From IMG/VR virus record IMGVR_UViG_3300046170_000289: a DNA stretch of 64,000 bases; one strand, 5' to 3'. Position 1 is the first letter of the stretch. Every line of letters starts with the position of its first letter. Of the stretch, positions 17,067-27,005 are shown one piece after another. The position numbers were made by a program, and so were the translations under genes. Below the pieces are notes generated by a model. It made no database searches and was not told where the DNA came from. It worked only from the letters and a program-made list of their open reading frames with translations. Source of the stretch: a virus.

Positions 17067-18501
17067 ATAATGTCCTCAAATAATAATTAAGCGGTGTCGT
17101 CATAGTATCTATACCGTTATAGGGAGGGATCTCAAAGGTATTCGCACGAGCATGTTCAGGCACACCCCCGAAGAATTCCATCTCATCTAGTATAACATCA
17201 TTGAATGGATTCCATCCATGTCCTGCCATCACACACAACAGTGAATCAATCTCCCATGTAATCTTAAAAGGGAAGTGAATCGATTGCTCCATATAATTGA
17301 TCTGAGCAGTCTTAAACAGATTATCATATGGATATCTGATATTAGAAACTGCTCTCCAATATGGTGAGTCATTGCGTTGAGTCATTGCATAGTGTAGTGC
17401 AACGAAAGAAGCAAACCCATCGAAATTAAAGTTGGAGTTGTTATTGAAGGTGTCTCTCATAAACTGAGTGACATGATCCTTACCTGCCATTACTCGGCAG
17501 AATTGTGTTAAGAATGTATGTGTAGATAGCAGACCATTTGACTCTAGAGGTTCGATAAATCCTGCACTCAAACCAATAGAAATGACCTTACCATTCCATA
17601 TCTCTTTCTTACGTCCTGTCTTATATTCTATCAGTCTAAATCCATGCTCATCACTATCAACCTTGAGGTGAGTTGCAAACTCATGCAATGCATCATCTAC
17701 AGAGATATACTTATCACAGAAATTATATCCCGTGCCAATTCTCTCCCATGTTGGCACATTCCACACCCATCCTGATGACAATGCAGTGCAATCAGTGACA
17801 GGTTTCATCTCCTGCTCTTTGTTTATGTAAGGGAGACGTGTTACCCATGCTCTATTGTTAGGTAGGTAGTCACTATAATCAATCCACTCACTATCATTCA
17901 ACAGTGATTTGAATCCAGTGCAATCAAAGAATAGATCATAGTCTTCATTTAATATATCCCTGCTTACATGCTCTTGCTTATACTTTACACCACGAGGCAT
18001 TGCATAGTTATTCTTTAACCAGTTTGCAAACTTAACTGCATCAAAGTGAAATCCTGTCTGCCTATTAAGGTTGAAGTATTCATGATCAACAGGCAGCAAA
18101 TTCTTTTCAGCACAATATGCTGTCACAAAAAAGTCTTTGGCAAACTGATCATTAGTCCACCCACGTTGTGACTGAGCATACCACCACACATCTGGTGGGA
18201 TATCAATATCAGTCCTTGGCGAACCAAAAGGATACTGCCAAGGTCTATCACCAATCTTGTTAAAATTATGAAACCTTACACTAATCTTATAAGTTGCATC
18301 ACATGCAGGCATCCACTCTTCATCTTTAAGATCTAGGAAGTGCGTCCACTGTCTAAACATCTGAGTCGTAGATTCACCCACGCCAACACTGGCAACCTTG
18401 GGCGATTCGATCAGAGTTATATCCCAATCAGGAAATGCTTTTACAAGAGTAGAGGCGGTCATCCATCCAGACGATCCGCCACCAACAATACAAATTTTCA
18501 T
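17056..18501 (-). CDS. flavin-dependent halogenase, tryptophan halogenase (PrnA-like) family
   Basis: GGGSSG, GVGEST, ATYK, GWVWNVP, FIEPLESNG. Confidence 0.92.
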   Translation of the reverse strand: MKICIVGGGSSGWMTASTLVKAFPDWDITLIESPKVASVGVGESTTQMFRQWTHFLDLKDEEWMPACDATYKISVRFHNFNKIGDRPWQYPFGSPRTDIDIPPDVWWYAQSQRGWTNDQFAKDFFVTAYCAEKNLLPVDHEYFNLNRQTGFHFDAVKFANWLKNNYAMPRGVKYKQEHVSRDILNEDYDLFFDCTGFKSLLNDSEWIDYSDYLPNNRAWVTRLPYINKEQEMKPVTDCTALSSGWVWNVPTWERIGTGYNFCDKYISVDDALHEFATHLKVDSDEHGFRLIEYKTGRKKEIWNGKVISIGLSAGFIEPLESNGLLSTHTFLTQFCRVMAGKDHVTQFMRDTFNNNSNFNFDGFASFVALHYAMTQRNDSPYWRAVSNIRYPYDNLFKTAQINYMEQSIHFPFKITWEIDSLLCVMAGHGWNPFNDVILDEMEFFGGVPEHARANTFEIPPYNGIDTMTTPLNYYLRTLYAS

Positions 18502-18537
18502 ATAACAAAATTAAGTCTAAGACTTTAGATCACTATT

Positions 18538-18966
18538 TTACACAGGTGGGGTCCAATTGTCAACCCAATCTTCCCATGCTTTACGTCCTTCCAGTTGCGT
18601 ATGCTTAGGATTAGGTACGTATTCAGGAATACCACTAGGTGATGGTGTAGTTGCTCTTACGTTAGCAATATGATCTTTCCAACGTGTGCCACCGTCAGTT
18701 TGGTCCAAATATTGCATCTCCAATTGCTCACCAGTAGTGCCATATCCTAGCACACGAGTAACAGTTGCACGCTCTCTATGATCCTCAAGGTCATCCCTGT
18801 GGACACATACGCCGTTAATCATGGAGTGCTCATAGGTGACATCATCAGGAACTGGCACCCACTTCATATTAGCGTCGGGACCTTCGTAGATCTCAAACTT
18901 GTCTTCTTCATCGCAGATGTCGTTTAATTGACCTGTCGCTGCGTCGCAGATTGCCCATTTAGCCAT
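18538..18966 (-). CDS. putative tail-fibre-associated/assembly protein
   Basis: Follows the fibre-like paralogs; late promoter ATAAATA upstream; WKDHI motif. Confidence 0.55.
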   Translation of the reverse strand: MAKWAICDAATGQLNDICDEEDKFEIYEGPDANMKWVPVPDDVTYEHSMINGVCVHRDDLEDHRERATVTRVLGYGTTGEQLEMQYLDQTDGGTRWKDHIANVRATTPSPSGIPEYVPNPKHTQLEGRKAWEDWVDNWTPPV

Positions 18967-18997
18967 GATAGATTAAAAACTCCTTCGTTGTTATTTA

Positions 18998-19807
18998 TTA
19001 GCTGTAGTATTCGTAAACTACAACTACACCTTCACGTCCTCTAGCACCTCTGTTACCGTGCTGAGATCCGTTACCACCTGCGCCCCATGCGGCGTGTGAT
19101 TGGTGTCTGTGTGAATAGTTGCCTTGGTTGTGTGATGATGGTTGAGATCCACCCATAAAGGATGATCCACCAGAGTGGTTGCCATAACTATGGTGAGATC
19201 CGTGACCATTGCCACCTCCACCATATACATTCAGGGTGCCACCTGACCCATTGCCACCGATACCACCAGCATGTTGCTGACGGCAGTTTGCGCCATATCC
19301 GCCCGATGCTGAGCAGAATGATCCAAAACTTGATGAGTTACCGTTACCACCACATCCAGCGTAGTTTGTACCACCGCCAGGACTACCGATAGTAACTGAG
19401 ACACTCGTAGTGTTAGTTACGTCAATAACTCTCTCTGACATACCACCAGCGCCTGCTGATTCACAATACCCAGATCCCCCGCCACCAGCGCCGACTACGA
19501 CGACTTTAATTGATGCAACGCCACTAGGTCTAGACCATGTGCCATTAGATGTCCACACTTGCATGGACCTGAATCCACCAGTAGCAGAAACTCCTGACCA
19601 TTGTAGACTACTACCATTAGTAGATAGATACTTACCACTTTGCCCCGAAAGCGACGGGATCACATAAGTAGATGCCCCCGAAATGGTGCCGTTGATGTTG
19701 AGGTTTGTGACCTTCAATTCACCATTCGCGGTAATAGATCCACTGTTGAGGGTAAAACCACCAACACCAGAAGGATCTCGTACTGTAGTAACTTTTAAGA
19801 CGCTCAT
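18998..19807 (-). CDS. Gly/His-rich tail-fibre-like protein, paralog 3 (269 aa)
   Basis: QVWTSNGTW..P...VVGAGGGG Gly-rich domain; own ATAAATA late promoter. Confidence 0.75.
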   Translation of the reverse strand: MSVLKVTTVRDPSGVGGFTLNSGSITANGELKVTNLNINGTISGASTYVIPSLSGQSGKYLSTNGSSLQWSGVSATGGFRSMQVWTSNGTWSRPSGVASIKVVVVGAGGGGSGYCESAGAGGMSERVIDVTNTTSVSVTIGSPGGGTNYAGCGGNGNSSSFGSFCSASGGYGANCRQQHAGGIGGNGSGGTLNVYGGGGNGHGSHHSYGNHSGGSSFMGGSQPSSHNQGNYSHRHQSHAAWGAGGNGSQHGNRGARGREGVVVVYEYYS

Positions 19808-19830
19808 TTCGTAATGCCTTGACTTAGTAT

Positions 19831-20640
19831 TTATCCGAAGAATTCTTGGACCACAACTACACCCTCACGACCTCTAGCACCTCGGTTGCCATGCTGAGAT
19901 CCATTTCCACCAGCACCCCACGCGGCGTGAGATTGGTGTCTATGGGAATAGTTTGATTGACCATGAGATGATGGTTGTCCACCACCATAATATGATCTAC
20001 CAGAGGAATGGTTACCATAACTGTGGTGTGATCCATGACCATTACCACCGCCACCGTATACATTCAAGGTGCCACCTGATCCATTACCACCAATACCGCC
20101 AGAATGTTGTTGGCGACAGTTAGCACCGTATCCACCAGATGCAGAGCAATAACTACCGAAAGATGAGGAGTTACCGTTACCACCACATCCTGCATAGTTT
20201 GTACCACCACCAGGACTACCAACAGTAACAGAAACTGACGATATATTAGTTACGTCAATTACTCTTTCAGATGTGCCACCAGCACCAGCAGATTCAGTAT
20301 ATCCACTGCCACCACCACCTGCTCCAGTAACAGTCACGATGATAGATTTACAGTCGCTAGGTCTATTCCAAGTGCCATTAGATGTCCACACTTGCATAGA
20401 TCTAATACCAGATCCACCACCAGCACCTGCCCATTCAAGACCCGATGCACCTGCTCGCAAGAATTTACCGTTGTTACCATCCATATTGGGGATGATATAA
20501 TCACTGTTACCAGCGATCTTACCGTTGATGACAATATTAGAGACAGTCAACGTCCCGATAGCATGGATTTTACCCGTAGAGAGGAGAAACCCAGAGGTAT
20601 CAGAAAGATCTTTAATAGATGATACTCTAATCTGTGACAT
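19831..20640 (-). CDS. Gly/His-rich tail-fibre-like protein, paralog 2 (269 aa)
   Basis: Same architecture and length; own ATAAATA. Confidence 0.75.
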   Translation of the reverse strand: MSQIRVSSIKDLSDTSGFLLSTGKIHAIGTLTVSNIVINGKIAGNSDYIIPNMDGNNGKFLRAGASGLEWAGAGGGSGIRSMQVWTSNGTWNRPSDCKSIIVTVTGAGGGGSGYTESAGAGGTSERVIDVTNISSVSVTVGSPGGGTNYAGCGGNGNSSSFGSYCSASGGYGANCRQQHSGGIGGNGSGGTLNVYGGGGNGHGSHHSYGNHSSGRSYYGGGQPSSHGQSNYSHRHQSHAAWGAGGNGSQHGNRGARGREGVVVVQEFFG

Positions 20641-20660
20641 AATAGTCTCTTTTTTAGTAT

Positions 20661-21470
20661 TTATCCGTAGAATTCGTGGACTACGACCACACCCTCACGT
20701 CCTCTAGCACCTCTGTTACCGTGCTGAGATCCGTTACCACCAGATCCCCATGCAGCATGAGACTGGTGTCTGTGAGAATAGTTTGATTGACTGTGAGATG
20801 ATGGTTGTGCTCCACCGAAGTAACTCACTCCTGAAGTGTGGTTACCATATGAGTGGTGAGATCCGTGTCCGTTACCTCCACCACCGTAGATGTTAAGGGA
20901 TCCACCACTTCCGTTACCACCGTATCCCCCTGCGTGCTGGGTACTACAGTTTGCACCGATTCCACCACTGGCACTACAGTAGGATCCAAAGGAAGAAGAG
21001 TTGCCGTTGCCGCCACAACCGCTGTAATTAGTGCCTCCACCAGGACTACCAATAGTAACTGATACTGATGATATATTGGTCACATCAACCTGTCTCTGTG
21101 AAGTACCACCAGCACCTCCAGATTCACAGTGTCCGCTACCTCCACCACCTGCACCTGTCACAGTAACCATAATGGTTTTAACACCAGATGGTCTGCTCCA
21201 AGTACCATTAGAAGTCCATACTTGCATGGATCTCACACCAGCAGCACTACTCAGATCACCCCAAGAAAGTGACGATCCGTTAGTTGTCAGGAATTGACCC
21301 TGATTTGACGAGGGGTTTGGAATAATATAGTTAGACGATCCAGCGATAGTCCCATCCACAGAGAGATTAGTAACAGTCAAAGTGCCGTTAGCAGTAAGAC
21401 CACCGCTGGATAAAGTAAATCCACCGATGCCCCCTAAGTCTTTAATAGCGTTTACATTTAGCTGTGCCAT
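20661..21470 (-). CDS. Gly/His-rich tail-fibre-like protein, paralog 1 (269 aa)
   Basis: Same architecture and length; own CTAAATA. Confidence 0.75.
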   Translation of the reverse strand: MAQLNVNAIKDLGGIGGFTLSSGGLTANGTLTVTNLSVDGTIAGSSNYIIPNPSSNQGQFLTTNGSSLSWGDLSSAAGVRSMQVWTSNGTWSRPSGVKTIMVTVTGAGGGGSGHCESGGAGGTSQRQVDVTNISSVSVTIGSPGGGTNYSGCGGNGNSSSFGSYCSASGGIGANCSTQHAGGYGGNGSGGSLNIYGGGGNGHGSHHSYGNHTSGVSYFGGAQPSSHSQSNYSHRHQSHAAWGSGGNGSQHGNRGARGREGVVVVHEFYG

Positions 21471-21497
21471 GCTACTTTAATTCCTGTCCTCTTGTAT

Positions 21498-21716
21498 TTA
21501 GTCGGGATAATAGTGTATGATCTTTTCCCTAATATAATTTAGGGTTGGAGCATCCTCCAACTCAGGTACCTTTGCAGCAAACTCATCAATAGTTTGTCTA
21601 CCCATCTCAACTTCATACATTTCATCTGCCATTTTCATAGCATGTTGAGATATATGAGTGCCTGCTTGGGTGCCGATCCACTTCTTTGCATTAACAACGT
21701 AGTTTTTATATGTCAT
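21498..21716 (-). CDS. hypothetical protein
   Basis: 72-aa ORF, ATGA-coupled. Confidence 0.7.
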   Translation of the reverse strand: MTYKNYVVNAKKWIGTQAGTHISQHAMKMADEMYEVEMGRQTIDEFAAKVPELEDAPTLNYIREKIIHYYPD

Positions 21717-22504
21717 CGTACCCAGATCTCCGCTCTAATTGATCTGTTAACACCAGTAGTGCTCTGACAGCAGTAGATATGATCACCTGCTGAGGTACCA
21801 GATCTATCCAATCCTATACCTGAGATAACATCATTAGATCCTGGACCACCCTCATTATTCCAACCAAATCCCCATCTAGTATTGGAAGAGTGTCCACCAA
21901 ATGTATAGTAGAAACCATACCACTGATGACCACCTTGTGCAGAGAATCCAGATCCACTCCACATACTCTCACCACGAGGGTTACCACTAATTTGTGACTG
22001 AGATTGCAACCTAGCAAGCATGGTCATATTGATGTTTGGTTGATACCAACTCCAACCATTACCATAACCAGATGCCTGACCGCCATTATTTAGATCAGGA
22101 AAGATTGCCATACAATCTTGTGCTGTGAAATAATTATAAGTCTGATACTTTGCATCGGAATCATTCCGAGACATATCACTGGTGCTCAACGTATTCGTAG
22201 ATGTCCAGTAACTAGATCCAAAAGGAAATGTGCTACCTCGTGTACACTTCCATGCGAGCATCCAACCACCACCCTGGAAACTAGATTGTGGAGCACAATA
22301 TATTTGTGTTACACCCACACTAGGCAGGTTGATATAGTATGGACCTTCAGTAGATTGACCAGAGTCTCTAATCTCACGGGCATTGTTGGCAGGATTGCTC
22401 TGAGTACCAGGCAAGGCAGCACCACCTCCGCCACCGCCGCCGCCACCTTTGCCAGCAACAGTTGCGCCAAGCGCACCAAACATCCCAGACATACCCAAAC
22501 TCAT
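21713..22504 (-). CDS. fibrinogen-C-like domain protein (putative receptor-binding/lectin)
   Basis: GPYYINLP...QIYC...GGGWMLAWK; Gly linker near the N-terminus. Confidence 0.65.
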   Translation of the reverse strand: MSLGMSGMFGALGATVAGKGGGGGGGGGAALPGTQSNPANNAREIRDSGQSTEGPYYINLPSVGVTQIYCAPQSSFQGGGWMLAWKCTRGSTFPFGSSYWTSTNTLSTSDMSRNDSDAKYQTYNYFTAQDCMAIFPDLNNGGQASGYGNGWSWYQPNINMTMLARLQSQSQISGNPRGESMWSGSGFSAQGGHQWYGFYYTFGGHSSNTRWGFGWNNEGGPGSNDVISGIGLDRSGTSAGDHIYCCQSTTGVNRSIRAEIWVR

Positions 22505-23355
22505 GAGTAGTTTCCTCCACTACCTAACACTGTATACTGACCCGTGGATCCAGTGTTGAATGCAATGAATGAGAAAGATACAACACAAATACCACCGCCA
22601 CTATGACTAGGTGCAGATCCACCAGACCATTTAATTGTTTGTTGTTGACCATCAACGTTAACTGTTGTTGGGACACCTGTGCCACCAGCGTCGTTAATGA
22701 TGACAGTAATTGTATATGCCGCAGAGTCTGTGGGCATATTATTAATACTTAGGGTGAAGTTACCACCACCAGTTTTTTCAATAAAGATAGCACCATTGTT
22801 GTTAAAATCGTGAGTGATACTACCACTGGTGTTATAGAAGGTTACACTCTCTTTAATTTCAGAGAAGTGGAAAGTACCTGTGCTGGTCATGTGACCAGAT
22901 GTAATCTCTACGAATTCTGCAGTGCTGGAGTTTTCCTCACCAATAACGTTCCATGCAGCACCATTTTCAACGGTAACTGTGAAACCATTGTCAATAGTAA
23001 CAGGACCAATTGTGGCACCGTTGGCAAACTCAGGACCACCATTAGCAGTTGATCCAACAGTAATATTCTCTTGAATATTCTTACCGTTTGTCCTAATGAT
23101 GGAGTCTTCACCCAGTGAAGGACCACCACCACCGACATCATCCCAACCAGGCACACCTTGGGCAGCATCTGCCTTGTAGATCTGCGCCATGTCTTCGGTG
23201 GTATTATACACCAAAGTGCCGTAGGCAGGAGTACCTAAGGCAGTGACTTGTGATTGGTTTAGTGCAGGCAGGTTGATCTGCTCGGTTACCTGCAGTGCCT
23301 CCATAATGGCACGGGTAACCTGATCAATCTGATTGCCTATAATTTTGGTGGACAT
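22501..23355 (-). CDS. virion structural/tail-fibre protein
   Basis: GGGGPSLGEDSIIRTN...GPVTIDNG fibre-type segments. Confidence 0.65.
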   Translation of the reverse strand: MSTKIIGNQIDQVTRAIMEALQVTEQINLPALNQSQVTALGTPAYGTLVYNTTEDMAQIYKADAAQGVPGWDDVGGGGPSLGEDSIIRTNGKNIQENITVGSTANGGPEFANGATIGPVTIDNGFTVTVENGAAWNVIGEENSSTAEFVEITSGHMTSTGTFHFSEIKESVTFYNTSGSITHDFNNNGAIFIEKTGGGNFTLSINNMPTDSAAYTITVIINDAGGTGVPTTVNVDGQQQTIKWSGGSAPSHSGGGICVVSFSFIAFNTGSTGQYTVLGSGGNYS

Positions 23356-23380
23356 TCTAGACCCCGATTAGTGTATTAAT

Positions 23381-26300
23381 TTAGATAACCAATTCACGGA
23401 TTTGAATGTTGTCTCCAGTCTGAGGCACAGTGCCAACTGAGAAGTCAACTGCGTTAGCAGTAACTGTGTAGTCAGTCCCAGGACGTTGACAAACACCATT
23501 CAAGAATACTAATAACGAATATGCATTATGACCAGGCGAGATAGCAAAGGATGACGTTGATCCATTGCCTGTATACATCACGCCATTGTTTCCATTATTA
23601 ATTCCAGTCGCCAATGAGTATTTATCAGCGCAACCATATTTACCAGTCACATCAATGTCACCGCTAACCATTACGTTACCAGCAATCTTCATGCGATTGG
23701 ATGCATCAGGTGCGATGCCAATACCATAATGTGTTTCACCACTGAATCTATTAGATGTAATAGGTGCAGTATCACTTAGACCAAACTTATACCATACACC
23801 TGAGTCGTAAATCCAACCCAAAGGAGCACCTGGAGCCCAGTCAATGTTATAGCAGAGATCACCGCTGTTGTATGCTTCAGTAGCATCAACTTCAGGGTTA
23901 CCACTACCATCCTCTTCTGCCATGAGGATGTTTCTTAGCACCGTGCCGTCATCATTTGACAGGGTGAAGTTAACAGTCTGGATAGTATCCTGTGACGTAA
24001 TCTTCTTCTGGAAGGTTACAGGACCAGAGAATACTGATTCCAATTGGTTAGACGCACCACCAATAACAGTCAGTTTATCAGTCAGCACCAACTCAGAGAA
24101 TGTCTCAATAGTTGTGCCTTCTTCACCCAACACGTTAAGTTGTGCAATATCCTCGTTAGTGATCTGACCTGTAACTGGGTTAATAACTTGGTTACCAACA
24201 AACAACTCACCGTCAGAGTTAACACCAGAGTAGTATGCAACACCTGCTGCTTCTTTCAGCGACTGTGATAGTCTCACCTGTTGTGGTGATAGCACTTCCA
24301 CCTGAGTAGATGGGAATGCAGTTGAATAGTTACCAGGACCGAAACCAAGATACTCAAACGTGTGACCAGATGCTCTAAGAATAGAGTATCTTCTCAATTC
24401 ACAGAGAATAGGTTGGACACTGTTATCAGCGTTAAGTTTCAGTGGGATCTTACGTTCTTCTGCTTCACCCAGGCGTGCAGTGACAGAAATGCCATTCAAC
24501 ACGTTAGATGTAGTGTTATAACCTAAGTTATTCTCACTCTCAAGCAGGAAGAATTGTGATGTCTCCTTCGTAATTGATCTCTCAGTATCCTTATTGGGGA
24601 CAGGAGATGCACCATCAGTTGTAGTAACTAGACCTAAAGTTTCGTTGTCTGCAATTGAGACTGCAGCAGAAGGATCAGCGACAGGGTTATCTCTGTCGAA
24701 TGCAGGATAAAGGTCAACTGTCTGCTGTGAGAAGAAGAAATCGTTGAAGTTAGAGGTAGATGGTGATACTGACGCATTCAATAGTGTCAGATAGTAGATA
24801 CCATCGGTAACACCCCTTTCAAATGTCTGATATGTCTCAGTAGCATAGACATAATATGTCTTACTATATGCAGGGGAGTTTGTTTCACTGGATCTAGGTT
24901 GAATAACGAAACCAGTGATAGGTTCTCTAGGCACTGGGAATGCATCTTTGTCCAGCACATAGCGATAACGATATACTCTGTCAACCAAGTTACGGGCATC
25001 AGGCACACGACGAATATAAGTCGTAGGTGTGAATCCGAGGTTTTGATAGAGTGAGTTTGCTTGTAGCGTAGTATAAATGGTATTCTGTGCTGCGTTACCG
25101 TCAACCTGAATATACCATTGATTGTTGCTACTATCCCACTTGAGTGGTGATTCATCATCACCAGCACGGGTGCCAGTTACATCCTTACCAGAAGGATTGA
25201 TGTCTGCATAGTGTGCAGTGGGTTCAGACGCGCCAGATGCAAGCAAGAGGACATATAGACGGTCAGGAGTATTAACGTCGTCTCTTCTCGCACCAACAGT
25301 ATAACCTTGGACCTTACTTGGTGGTCTTGCAGTTTCTACTGTGTATCCGTAAATGAATAGTTTAGTTGGGTCTGCTACAGATCGGGTCTTGGTAATATCA
25401 ATGGTAACCCAGTTGATTGAAATTTCATCAACATCTGACAGCGACTTGGGAGGGATAACGTGAGTAATCTGTCCCGCTTTATCCTTGGTAAATGATGCTG
25501 CTTTGAAACCTTTGCTTCGCAGCGACGTATTTCCGAAGTTAGAGTTAGAGTTAGTAATGGATAAGTCACCACCAGACTCACTAAAGAAATGGTCACCAAA
25601 TCCCACAGCAAACACAGACACAACCTGAATGAATGAATCATTGGATGCATGAATATGGACGTGACGCCATCCTTTACGGTACTTACATAGTCCGTTAATG
25701 TGTGCGCCAGATCCTGAAGCTTGTGCTTCATAGTTTCCTGTGTTTGGATTATACAGCACGAATGCACGGTCATCCTTTTGAAGGGAAATACCAGTGAATT
25801 GTGCCACAACCATTGATTTGAAACCAGTTGCTTCACTACCATCGGCGTGCATACCGTTGATACCCCACACTGATCTCAGTGATAGGTTGAAACAATATGG
25901 TGAGGCAGAGTCAACCGTGTCAATCTCAACCTTAACTAGAACATTACTACCCAAAGCATTACCTGAGGGCTCTGCTGACATCTGATAGGTAAACTGGTTA
26001 CCCTGTGCAGATGTTACCAGGAATGATCCATTATAGAGGAGAGCATCTTGATCAGTAGGACCTGTAACCCCAGAAATATTAACAGCGACACCCACGGAGA
26101 ATCCGTGATTCTTCGGGTTGCCCAACTCATCCACCGTAAAGGCAGTTGCGGTTTGTCCATTTCGGATAATCTGTGAGACTGCGAATTCGTCAGAAATAGG
26201 ACCAACGATTCTATTTTCTTCAACTCTTGGTTGCAACTGGTCTTGTGCTGGCAAACCTGAAGTATCAGGAATAACTGCATAACCTTTAGAGATCTTCTGA

Positions 26301-26959
26301 TAGTAGAGCTCTAGGTCTGCAGTGTTTGCATACTCAAAACAAGTAATCTTATGGTGTGAGAAGTTAGGTGCAATCTGACTCAGGTCATCTCTATAATAGA
26401 CACCAGTATTGTCCCCATCAAAGAAGGACATCTGCCAGAAATAACAACCACCAGTTAACCTAAAGATAGCAGTAGTGCCAGGTTCATTAGCAGCAGTAAT
26501 ACCGAGACTACCCTGTACTGTGGGATAAGGGACGTATTTCGGAATGATTTTGGTTCTACGAAGGTCCGAACCAACAACAGAGACACCACGAGGACAAATA
26601 ACACCGCCACGAGTTGAATTAAATTTATAAAGCTCATTACTCGCTGAGGTTAGATCAAAGTTGGTGTTTTCGTTAAACGGTTGAATCTGGTTATAATCTG
26701 TAAGACCAGGACGGTTATCAATAACATACTCTGATGGATACAGGTAGATACTGAATGCGTCAAATTCGTCATTACTTAGACCAACACGATATGAGAAACG
26801 TGCCACCTCAAGGAAAGCACGTTGCAACGACTTAAATGGACGCAGTGCCGAGTTACCTCGGTTGTCAAATGCATCCGACGCATCAAAGTCATCGGGGTTG
26901 ACGTAAATAATACGCCCCGTCCTTGACGTGATTATATTTTTAAGACGTGTTAATGCCAT
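23381..26959 (-). CDS. large virion structural protein (tail fibre/baseplate-associated)
   Basis: 1192 aa; C-terminal YTGNGSTSSF...VFLNGV.Q.PG.DY motif; ATAAATA upstream. Confidence 0.75.
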   Translation of the reverse strand: MALTRLKNIITSRTGRIIYVNPDDFDASDAFDNRGNSALRPFKSLQRAFLEVARFSYRVGLSNDEFDAFSIYLYPSEYVIDNRPGLTDYNQIQPFNENTNFDLTSASNELYKFNSTRGGVICPRGVSVVGSDLRRTKIIPKYVPYPTVQGSLGITAANEPGTTAIFRLTGGCYFWQMSFFDGDNTGVYYRDDLSQIAPNFSHHKITCFEYANTADLELYYQKISKGYAVIPDTSGLPAQDQLQPRVEENRIVGPISDEFAVSQIIRNGQTATAFTVDELGNPKNHGFSVGVAVNISGVTGPTDQDALLYNGSFLVTSAQGNQFTYQMSAEPSGNALGSNVLVKVEIDTVDSASPYCFNLSLRSVWGINGMHADGSEATGFKSMVVAQFTGISLQKDDRAFVLYNPNTGNYEAQASGSGAHINGLCKYRKGWRHVHIHASNDSFIQVVSVFAVGFGDHFFSESGGDLSITNSNSNFGNTSLRSKGFKAASFTKDKAGQITHVIPPKSLSDVDEISINWVTIDITKTRSVADPTKLFIYGYTVETARPPSKVQGYTVGARRDDVNTPDRLYVLLLASGASEPTAHYADINPSGKDVTGTRAGDDESPLKWDSSNNQWYIQVDGNAAQNTIYTTLQANSLYQNLGFTPTTYIRRVPDARNLVDRVYRYRYVLDKDAFPVPREPITGFVIQPRSSETNSPAYSKTYYVYATETYQTFERGVTDGIYYLTLLNASVSPSTSNFNDFFFSQQTVDLYPAFDRDNPVADPSAAVSIADNETLGLVTTTDGASPVPNKDTERSITKETSQFFLLESENNLGYNTTSNVLNGISVTARLGEAEERKIPLKLNADNSVQPILCELRRYSILRASGHTFEYLGFGPGNYSTAFPSTQVEVLSPQQVRLSQSLKEAAGVAYYSGVNSDGELFVGNQVINPVTGQITNEDIAQLNVLGEEGTTIETFSELVLTDKLTVIGGASNQLESVFSGPVTFQKKITSQDTIQTVNFTLSNDDGTVLRNILMAEEDGSGNPEVDATEAYNSGDLCYNIDWAPGAPLGWIYDSGVWYKFGLSDTAPITSNRFSGETHYGIGIAPDASNRMKIAGNVMVSGDIDVTGKYGCADKYSLATGINNGNNGVMYTGNGSTSSFAISPGHNAYSLLVFLNGVCQRPGTDYTVTANAVDFSVGTVPQTGDNIQIRELVI

Positions 26960-27005
26960 CTTCTATAAGAGTCCTGTCTATATGGTTATTTATTAGGGGT
27001 CAAGA

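Noticed and set aside
19024-21297. Alternative-frame ORFs repeated in each paralog (e.g. 19024-19230, 19857-20063, 20825-21052, 19410-19667)
   Set aside because: By-products of GGT/GGC Gly-codon bias and paralogy; no RBS or independent coding signal
18998-21470. Long near-identical DNA repeats about 830 bp apart that could suggest a CRISPR or repeat array
   Set aside because: They are the conserved coding portions of three paralogous genes; there is no short repeat-spacer structure and no cas genes
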